From contig NZ_JAGIOS010000001.1 of NCBI RefSeq assembly GCF_017876815.1, positions 1,770,001 through 1,802,000 of the forward strand: a stretch of DNA of 32,000 nt, read 5' to 3'. Numbering within the stretch: position 1 is the first letter of the stretch; the number at the start of each line of letters is the position of its first letter. The DNA is from Sinorhizobium meliloti (lineage in GTDB: Bacteria; Pseudomonadota; Alphaproteobacteria; Rhizobiales; Rhizobiaceae). The notes beneath the pieces were generated by a model. The model had not been told where the DNA came from, ran no database searches, and worked only from the letters and a program-made list of their open reading frames with translations. This document shows, in pieces, positions 25,543 through 32,000 of this stretch. The position numbers and the translations under genes are program-made.

Positions 25543-26691
25543 ATGGATACTCATTCGGCCGAGGCCAAGAGCCCCGGGACCGGCGAGGCCGCAGCCGCAG
25601 GACAAGCGGACGCGGAGATCTCTGCGTCCCCGAAGAAGCGCCGCAAAATCCTTCCGGTGCTGGGTCTCGTGCTCCTCGGTGCCGCCGGCTGGTACGGCTA
25701 TGATTGGTGGACCAACGGCCGTTTCCTGGTCTCGACGGACGACGCTTACATAGAAGGGGACATCGCGACGATTTCGCCCAAGGTGTCCGGCTATGTCGCC
25801 AAGGTCGACGTTGTCGCCAACCAGCATGTGAAGGCTGGCGATCCGCTGGTGACGCTCGACGACGGAGATTACCGCATTGCGGCCGAGCAGGCCGAGGCGC
25901 AGATCGCCACGCAGAAGCTCGCCCTCAGCCGTTTCGACGCGCAGATCTCCGGCGCAAAGGCGAGCCTCGCTCAGTCCGAAGCGCAGAAGAAGGCGCTTGA
26001 GGCGACCGTCCGCGGCGCCGAACTGGCACAGAAGCGCGCCAGCGAGCTCCAGTCGAAGTCGTTCGGGACGGATGCATCGCGCGACAGCGCCCAGGTCGCG
26101 CTCGATCAGGCGCGCGCAAATCTAGCCGGTGCCGAGGCCAATATCGCTGCGGCCAAGGCCAATATCACCGTGCTCGAGGCCCAGCAGATGGAAGCGGAAA
26201 GCACGATCCGCTCGCTGGAGCTTGCCCGGGACAAGGCAGACCGCGACCTGGGCTTCACCATACTCAAGGCGCCCTATGACGGTGTCATCGGCAATGTCGC
26301 GGTCCAGGTCGGCGACCTCGTCTCGGCCGGCCAGCGGCTCGCAGCGCTCGTGCCGACCGATCAGCTCTATATCGACGCCAATTTCAAGGAGACGCAGATC
26401 GCGCATCTGGTGCCGGGCTCCAAGGTTGAGATCCATGTCGACGCCTATGAGGATCACCCGATCGAAGGCACCGTCGCATCGATCTCGCCGGCCTCCGGTT
26501 CGGTCTTCTCGCTGCTGCCGGCGGAAAACGCGACGGGCAACTTCACCAAGGTCATCCAGCGCGTTCCGGTGCGCATCACGCTGCCGGCCGATGTGCTGGC
26601 GGAAGGGCACCTGCGCGCGGGGCTGAGCGTCGTCGTCGACGTCGATACCCGCACCGCACCGGAACAGTCGAAGGTCGCTGCGGCGAAGTAA
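25543..26691 (+). CDS. emrA: HlyD/EmrA-family membrane fusion (periplasmic adaptor) protein
   Basis: An N-terminal TM (ILPVLGLVLLGAAGWYGYDWW) is followed by the barrel-sandwich motif (VSTDDAYIEGDIATISPKVSGYV), a long coiled coil (AEQAEAQIATQK...ANIAAAKANITVLEAQ) and FTKVIQRVPVRI. The start is uncertain: ATG 25543 was chosen on codon usage, and in-frame ATG 25480 is the alternative. Confidence 0.88.
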   Translation: MDTHSAEAKSPGTGEAAAAGQADAEISASPKKRRKILPVLGLVLLGAAGWYGYDWWTNGRFLVSTDDAYIEGDIATISPKVSGYVAKVDVVANQHVKAGDPLVTLDDGDYRIAAEQAEAQIATQKLALSRFDAQISGAKASLAQSEAQKKALEATVRGAELAQKRASELQSKSFGTDASRDSAQVALDQARANLAGAEANIAAAKANITVLEAQQMEAESTIRSLELARDKADRDLGFTILKAPYDGVIGNVAVQVGDLVSAGQRLAALVPTDQLYIDANFKETQIAHLVPGSKVEIHVDAYEDHPIEGTVASISPASGSVFSLLPAENATGNFTKVIQRVPVRITLPADVLAEGHLRAGLSVVVDVDTRTAPEQSKVAAAK

Positions 26692-26719
26692 AGGGCTGCA
26701 GGCCTGAGGAGTGGCGGAA

Positions 26720-28309
26720 ATGGCCGCAACAGCAACAGCGGGCGCGGCTGCGCCGAGCCTACCCAAGGCCGAGGAGCATATGGACCCGCGGCGGCTCATC
26801 GCCTTTTTCGCGATGGTCGTCGGCATGTTCATGGCGATCCTCGACATCCAGATCGTCTCCGCCTCGCTCGCCGAGATCCAGGCGGGCCTGTCGGCCGGGT
26901 CTGACGAGATCGGCTGGGTGCAGACCGCCTATCTGATCGCGGAAGTCATCATGATCCCGCTCTCGGGCACGCTTGCCCGCATCGTCTCGACGCGGGTGCT
27001 CTTCTCCGTGGCCGCGGCCGGATTCACGGCGGCCAGCGCTCTTGCCGCCACGGCCACCAATATCGAACAGATGATCGTCTACCGGGCGATCCAGGGCTTT
27101 ATCGGCGGCGGCATGATCCCGTCGGTCTTTGCCGCAGCCTTCACCATATTCCCGCCGTCCAAGCGCAACGTCGTCTCGCCGATCATCGGGCTCATCGCGA
27201 CGCTTGCGCCGACCATCGGCCCGACGGTCGGCGGCTATCTGAGCCATGCCTTTTCCTGGCACTGGCTGTTCCTCATCAACGTCATTCCCGGCATCATCGT
27301 CGCGACGGTCACCTGGATCTTCATCGATTTCGACAAGCCGGAACTCGGATTGATCAAGAAGTTCGACTGGTGGGGACTTCTCTCCATGGCGATCTTTCTC
27401 GGCTCGCTCGAATACGTGCTGGAGGAAGGCAATGCCAATGACTGGTTCAACGACGAGCACATCGTCATGGGTGCCGTCGCCACCACGGTCGCCGCCGTCG
27501 TCTTCTTCTATCGGGCGTTCAAGGTCGATTTCCCGGTCGTCGATCTCAAGGCGTTCGCCAACCGCAACTTCACCTTCGGCTCGCTCTTCTCCTTCGTCAT
27601 GGGGATCGGCCTTTACGGGCTCACCTATCTCTATCCGCTCTATCTCGGGCGTATCCGCGGCTACGACTCGCTGATGATCGGCGAAACCATGTTCGTCTCG
27701 GGTCTCGCCATGTTCCTGACGGCGCCGGTTGCGGGCTTCCTCGCCGGGCGAATGGACGCGCGGGCGATGATGACCATCGGCTTTGCCGGCTTTGCCGCGG
27801 GCACCTGGCTGATGAGCCAGATGACCGCCGACTGGGATTTCTGGGAGCTGCTCGTTCCGCAGATCCTGCGCGGCTGCTCGCTGATGCTCTGCATGGTGCC
27901 GATCAACAATATCGCGCTCGGCACCCTGCCGCCGGCGCGCATCCGCAATGCGTCGGGACTCTACAACCTGACGCGTAACCTCGGTGGCGCGGTCGGGTTG
28001 GCGGTCATCAACACTATCCTCACGCAGCGCCAGGATTTCCACTACGCCCGGCTCGCCGAGCACGTGGAATGGGGCAACCCGGTCGCCGTCGAGCGGATGC
28101 GCAACATCGCCTCGACCTTCACTGCACACGGCCTCGACGGAACCACGGCTGCGGTCAAGCAGCTGGCGGCGATGGTCCAGCAGCAGGCGGTGATCATGTC
28201 CTTCATCGACGTGTTCGTATTGCTGACCGTCCTGTTCCTGTCGATGATCGCCGGCGTCCTGATGATCGCCAAGCCACAAGGCGCCGGCCCCGGAGGCGGC
28301 GGGCACTAG
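26720..28309 (+). CDS. emrB: EmrB/QacA-family (DHA2, 14-TMS) MFS drug efflux transporter
   Basis: MVVGMFMAILDIQIVSASL...WVQTAYLIAEVIMIPLSG is typical of EmrB/DHA2. The protein is about 529 aa and polytopic. GAGGAG lies 8 nt upstream of ATG 26720, and the gene starts 28 nt after the emrA stop. Confidence 0.9.
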   Translation: MAATATAGAAAPSLPKAEEHMDPRRLIAFFAMVVGMFMAILDIQIVSASLAEIQAGLSAGSDEIGWVQTAYLIAEVIMIPLSGTLARIVSTRVLFSVAAAGFTAASALAATATNIEQMIVYRAIQGFIGGGMIPSVFAAAFTIFPPSKRNVVSPIIGLIATLAPTIGPTVGGYLSHAFSWHWLFLINVIPGIIVATVTWIFIDFDKPELGLIKKFDWWGLLSMAIFLGSLEYVLEEGNANDWFNDEHIVMGAVATTVAAVVFFYRAFKVDFPVVDLKAFANRNFTFGSLFSFVMGIGLYGLTYLYPLYLGRIRGYDSLMIGETMFVSGLAMFLTAPVAGFLAGRMDARAMMTIGFAGFAAGTWLMSQMTADWDFWELLVPQILRGCSLMLCMVPINNIALGTLPPARIRNASGLYNLTRNLGGAVGLAVINTILTQRQDFHYARLAEHVEWGNPVAVERMRNIASTFTAHGLDGTTAAVKQLAAMVQQQAVIMSFIDVFVLLTVLFLSMIAGVLMIAKPQGAGPGGGGH

Positions 28310-28442
28310 CGCGGGATAACGAAAAGTGTGCGCGGTTTTCCGCCTACATCCCGCTCCAGCGCTTTACGCGCTTTCGAGATCGCTGCAATATCCCGTCTCG
28401 TCGAAGCTGTCGGAGGCGCGCGGAGCAACGCGCGGGCGGCGC

Positions 28443-29564
28443 ATGAACGATCGTCCTTGCCTACGACCTTCGCGGCGGATGTTCCTCGCCGGTGCGGTCG
28501 GATTCAGCCTCTCGATGACGGTGGGCGGCAGATTTCCAAGGGCAGCCGGCCCTCCGGTCGACGTGACCTTCCTCTTTGCCGCGGATATCCATGCCTGCCT
28601 CGTTTCGACGGACGGCTTGGCGCCGAACTGCGACGCGGAGGGCAAGACCGACGCCAGCCTCTTGCGCCATGTCGCCGCACTGAACGCACTTGCGGCGCAG
28701 CACTGGCCGCATGCCATTGGAGGAAAGCCGAGCGGCCTTGCCAGCGCGGGCACGAGGATTTCGCGTCCGCTCGGTCTGGTGCTCGGCGGCGACATCACCG
28801 ACGATGGCGGCGGCCAGGTTCGCCAGCCCCGCGAGGGGCGGCAATTACAGCAGTTTCAGAGCCGATACGAGCAGGCGCCGGGCCCGCACCATATCCACAT
28901 TCCCGTTTATGTCGGCCTTGGAAACCATGACCTCGACCAGGACGGGCCGCCGCCGAATGCCGACTGGTATCGCCGGGAACTGCGAGACTATGTCGAGCTT
29001 ACCCATCGCCAGACCGTTTTCTACAAGCCGCCGGTGCCGGTCGCGAATTACGATCCGCTATCGGACAGCTATTCCTGGGACTGGGGCGGTCTTCATCTCG
29101 TACACTTGCAGCGTTTCGGAGGCGACGAGAACAAGGGCGCGGTGAGCGGATTGCCATGGCTCAAGAGCGATCTCTCCTCCCATGCCGCCGATGGCCGGCC
29201 GGTCGTCCTCTTCCAGCATTATGGCTGGGACGCGTTTTCGACCGAGGCCTGGGATCCGGCGGCAAAGACCTTCGACGACAAGGGAGAGGGAGAGCCGCAT
29301 TGGTGGAGCGCCGACGAGCGCCGGGCGCTGCTTGATCACCTGCAGGGCTACAATGTCGTCGGCCTCTTCCATGGGCATGAGCATGACCGCGTCATGGCCT
29401 ACAGGGTCGGCGAGATCGACGTCTTCAAGCCCAAGGCGGCCTTCCTCGGCGGTTTCGCGGTCGTGCGCGTGACCGGCAGCTTCATGGATGTAGCCTTCGG
29501 CGAGGCCGAGGGCGAGCATGGCCACGTCGTCTTCACGCAGGCCTTCAGCAAGCGTTTCGATTGA
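28443..29564 (+). CDS. Tat-signal metallophosphoesterase (calcineurin-like)
   Basis: All phosphoesterase motifs are present: DIH (FAADIHA), GDxxDxG (LGGDITDDG), GNHD (GLGNHDLD), a conserved His (LFQHYGW) and GHxH (FHGHEHD). The N-terminus SRRMFLAGAVGF matches the twin-arginine pattern S-R-R-x-F-L. The start is the ATG at 28443. Confidence 0.85.
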   Translation: MNDRPCLRPSRRMFLAGAVGFSLSMTVGGRFPRAAGPPVDVTFLFAADIHACLVSTDGLAPNCDAEGKTDASLLRHVAALNALAAQHWPHAIGGKPSGLASAGTRISRPLGLVLGGDITDDGGGQVRQPREGRQLQQFQSRYEQAPGPHHIHIPVYVGLGNHDLDQDGPPPNADWYRRELRDYVELTHRQTVFYKPPVPVANYDPLSDSYSWDWGGLHLVHLQRFGGDENKGAVSGLPWLKSDLSSHAADGRPVVLFQHYGWDAFSTEAWDPAAKTFDDKGEGEPHWWSADERRALLDHLQGYNVVGLFHGHEHDRVMAYRVGEIDVFKPKAAFLGGFAVVRVTGSFMDVAFGEAEGEHGHVVFTQAFSKRFD

Positions 29565-29609
29565 AGCGACATTCCGGAACGTCCATTCGATCGCCCGCCC
29601 GGAGTTTTC

Positions 29610-29625
29610 TGATTTACGTACATCA
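29610..29625. promoter_or_regulatory. candidate LacI-family operator TGATTTAC|GTACATCA
   Basis: A 16-bp near-palindrome (7 of 8 half-site positions symmetric) with TG...CA ends and a central CG. It lies 35 nt upstream of the lacI-family ATG. Confidence 0.4.
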
Positions 29626-29659
29626 AAAATTCCTCTAATGGGTTTGCCGGGAGGAAGAG

Positions 29660-30697
29660 ATGCGACCGACAGTTCACGATATCGCCGCCGAGGCAGGCGT
29701 CAGTCTCGCCACCGTCGACCGGGTGTTGAACAATCGTCCGGGCGTGAGAAGCGTCACGCGGGGCAAGGTGGAGCGCGCGATCGCCACGCTCGGTTATGTT
29801 CGCGATGTCGCCGCTGCCAATCTTGCCAAGAGCCGCAGCTATCCCCTGATCTTCATCCTGCCCGCCGGCGAAAACTCCTTCATGCGCGGTCTCGAGGCGG
29901 AGGTGCGGTCGGCGATGTCGCGTTCCGCGACCGAGCGGCTGGATATCACCATCCTTTCCGTTCCGGTCTTCGATGCACCGGCGCTCGCCGCCGCACTACA
30001 CGACGCGCGTGAGCGCCGGCCGGCGGGTGTCGCGGTGGTTGCCGTCGACGCGCCGGAGGTGACGGAGGCGGTAAAGCGGCTCCGCGAAGACGGCATTGCC
30101 GTCGTTACGCTGGTCTCCGATCTGCCGGGGTCCGGTCGCGACCATTTCGCCGGCGTCGACAATGTCGCCGCGGGCCGCACCGCCGGCAGCCTGATGGGCC
30201 GGTTCCTCGGCGGCGGCGAAGGGCCGGTCGCGGTGCTCGCCGGCTCCATGCTGGTACGCGACCATCGTGATCGGCTGGAGGGTTTCCAGGCTGTCATGAG
30301 CGAGGATTTCGCCTGGCGCCGGATACTGCCGGTGATCGAGGGGCAGGACAATCCGTCTCTGGTCGAGACGCTCGTCGGCGCGCTTCTCGGGCAGCATCCC
30401 GACCTCGCCGGCATCTACAGCCTCGGTGCCGGCAATCGCGGCCTTGTCGCCGCTCTCGAAAAGGCGGGCAAAGGAAGGGCCGTTTGCACGATCGCGCATG
30501 AGTTGACGCCGCACAGCCGCGCCGGACTTCTTTCCGGCACGATCGACGCGCTGCTCAACCAGAATGCGGGCCATGAGGTCAGAAGCGCCATCCGGGTGCT
30601 GAAAGCAAAGGCGGACGGGCTGCCGGTCATCGCGGCGCAGGAACGCATCCGCATCGATATTTTCCTGAAGGACAACCTGCCGCTCGAGCAGGAATAG
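29660..30697 (+). CDS. LacI-family transcriptional regulator
   Basis: The N-terminal HTH (TVHDIAAEAGVSLATVDRVLNNRPGVRSVTRGKVERAIATLGY) is followed by a periplasmic-binding-protein-like sugar-binding fold. The protein is 345 aa, and GGGAGGA lies upstream of the ATG. Confidence 0.92.
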   Translation: MRPTVHDIAAEAGVSLATVDRVLNNRPGVRSVTRGKVERAIATLGYVRDVAAANLAKSRSYPLIFILPAGENSFMRGLEAEVRSAMSRSATERLDITILSVPVFDAPALAAALHDARERRPAGVAVVAVDAPEVTEAVKRLREDGIAVVTLVSDLPGSGRDHFAGVDNVAAGRTAGSLMGRFLGGGEGPVAVLAGSMLVRDHRDRLEGFQAVMSEDFAWRRILPVIEGQDNPSLVETLVGALLGQHPDLAGIYSLGAGNRGLVAALEKAGKGRAVCTIAHELTPHSRAGLLSGTIDALLNQNAGHEVRSAIRVLKAKADGLPVIAAQERIRIDIFLKDNLPLEQE

Positions 30698-30706
30698 GAG
30701 GACACC

Positions 30707-32000
30707 ATGTATCTCGGACTGGATCTCGGCACGTCCGGCGTCAAGGCCATGCTGATGGACGGCGAGCAGCGGATCATCGGCTCCGCCAGCGGCGCGCTCG
30801 ACGTCGACCGGCCGCATCCCGGCTGGTCGGAACAGGATCCGGCTGACTGGATCCGCGCCGCCGAGGAGGCGATCGCCCGGTTGAGGGAAACGCATGCGCA
30901 AGCGCTTGCAGCGGTCCGCGGCATCGGCCTTTCCGGCCAGATGCACGGTGCGACATTGCTCGACGAAGGCGATGCGGTGCTGCGGCCATGCATATTGTGG
31001 AACGACACCCGCAGCTTCCGCGAGGCGGCGGCGCTCGACGGCGATCCGCAGTTTCGGGCGCTGACCGGCAACATCGTCTTTCCGGGCTTCACCGCACCGA
31101 AGCTCGCCTGGGTGCGTGAAAACGAGCCGGAGATCTTCGCCAGAGTTCGCTGGGTACTGCTCCCGAAGGATTACCTGCGCCTCTGGCTGACCGGCGAGCA
31201 TATGTCGGAGATGTCCGATTCGGCCGGCACGTCATGGCTCGATACGGGCAAGCGCAAATGGTCGGCGAGCCTGCTTGCCGCTACTCATCTCGAAGAACGG
31301 CAGATGCCGGACCTCGTCGAAGGCACCGATGCAGCCGGGACTTTGCGGCCGGAGCTCGCTGCGCGTTGGGGGATGGGACCTGGCGTCGTGGTCGCCGGCG
31401 GTGCGGGCGACAACGCAGCCTCGGCCTGCGGCATGGGAACGGTCGGGGAGGGGCAGGCCTTCGTCTCGCTCGGCACTTCCGGCGTGCTTTTCGCGGCCAA
31501 TGCAAGCTATCTCCCCAACCCGGAGAGCGCCGTCCACGCCTTCTGCCACGCGCTGCCCAACACCTGGCACCAGATGGGCGTGATCCTCTCGGCGACGGAC
31601 GCGCTGAACTGGCATTCCGGCGTCACCGGCCGGAGTGCCGCGGAACTCACCAGTGAACTCGGCGAGAGCCTCAAGGCGCCGGGCTCCGTGACGTTTCTTC
31701 CCTACCTCTCCGGCGAGCGCACGCCGCACAACGACGCGACGATCCGCGGCGTCTTTGCCGGCCTCGGGCACGAGAGTTCCCGGGCGGTGCTTACGCAGGC
31801 GGTGCTCGAAGGCGTTTCCTTCGCGATCCGCGACAGTCTCGAGGCACTGCGCGCGGCCGGCACGAAGCTCAAGCGGGTGACGGCGATCGGCGGCGGTTCG
31901 CGCTCGCGGTACTGGCTGAGCTCGATCGCGACCGCGCTGAACCTGCCGGTCGACCTGCCCGCGGACGGCGATTTCGGCGCTGCCTTCGGCGCGGCGCGGC
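30707..32000 (+). CDS. xylB: xylulokinase (FGGY family), 3' end outside the window
   Basis: It is not in the supplied ORF track because no stop falls in the window. My own translation from ATG 30707 is open to the window edge. It gives MYLGLDLGTSGVKAML...HPGWSEQDP...LSGQMHGATLLD...PGFTAPKLAWV...LLPKDYLRLWLTGE...GGAGDNAASACG...FLPYLSGERTPHND...GGGSRS, nearly colinear with E. coli XylB (recalled from memory). AGGAGG lies 8 nt upstream, and the gene starts 9 nt after the lacI stop. Confidence 0.9.
   Translation, partial: MYLGLDLGTSGVKAMLMDGEQRIIGSASGALDVDRPHPGWSEQDPADWIRAAEEAIARLRETHAQALAAVRGIGLSGQMHGATLLDEGDAVLRPCILWNDTRSFREAAALDGDPQFRALTGNIVFPGFTAPKLAWVRENEPEIFARVRWVLLPKDYLRLWLTGEHMSEMSDSAGTSWLDTGKRKWSASLLAATHLEERQMPDLVEGTDAAGTLRPELAARWGMGPGVVVAGGAGDNAASACGMGTVGEGQAFVSLGTSGVLFAANASYLPNPESAVHAFCHALPNTWHQMGVILSATDALNWHSGVTGRSAAELTSELGESLKAPGSVTFLPYLSGERTPHNDATIRGVFAGLGHESSRAVLTQAVLEGVSFAIRDSLEALRAAGTKLKRVTAIGGGSRSRYWLSSIATALNLPVDLPADGDFGAAFGAAR

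Noticed and set aside
28443-29564. The metallophosphoesterase as the missing PdeM-type partner of the ligase-associated module.
   Set aside because: It carries a twin-arginine export signal (PdeM-type proteins are cytoplasmic), is about 11 kb away on the other strand, and is embedded in an efflux neighbourhood.
1-32000. Defence islands, toxin-antitoxin pairs, CRISPR arrays, IS elements, integrases or compositional islands.
   Set aside because: No direct-repeat arrays, transposase- or integrase-like ORFs, small paired ORFs or AT-rich compositional breaks were seen. Every sizeable ORF except one is assignable to a housekeeping, transport or regulatory family.

Overview
This is a GC-rich, densely coding segment that looks like alphaproteobacterial core chromosome. 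The gene content, the fused phaAB gene and the GC-rich palindromic intergenic elements point to Rhizobiaceae, most like Sinorhizobium/Ensifer; that assignment is inference.

Gene order:
- Aerobic cobalamin genes cobI (partial), cobJ, cobK (opposite strand), cobL and cobM.
- A LysR regulator divergent from an NQO1-like NAD(P)H:quinone oxidoreductase.
- A complete, translationally coupled Pha/Mrp cation:proton antiporter operon (phaAB-C-D-E-F-G).
- A CHASE-PAS-GGDEF-EAL c-di-GMP protein.
- A metallo-beta-lactamase exonuclease plus ATP-dependent DNA ligase pair (the ligase-associated DNA damage response type).
- A nucleoside hydrolase and an uncharacterised membrane-anchored protein.
- A gltX-lysS operon and a TerC-family protein.
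- An AraC/GyrI-like regulator, then TetR with divergent emrA-emrB efflux genes, then a Tat-signal metallophosphoesterase.
- lacI-xylB. xylB runs off the window end and is missing from the supplied ORF track.

I saw no CRISPR array, transposase, integrase, phage gene, rRNA or tRNA. I did not find a convincing signature of a new multi-gene system.

The items most worth a second look are:
- the exonuclease-ligase pair, which lacks its usual helicase and phosphoesterase partners in cis;
- the unknown membrane protein, with two perfect palindromes in its divergent promoter region;
- cobK wedged antisense with overlaps at both ends;
- the missing canonical start codon for phaAB;
- well-defined candidate operators for the TetR, LacI and LysR regulators.

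The many long opposite-strand ORFs in the track are GC-rich shadow frames.
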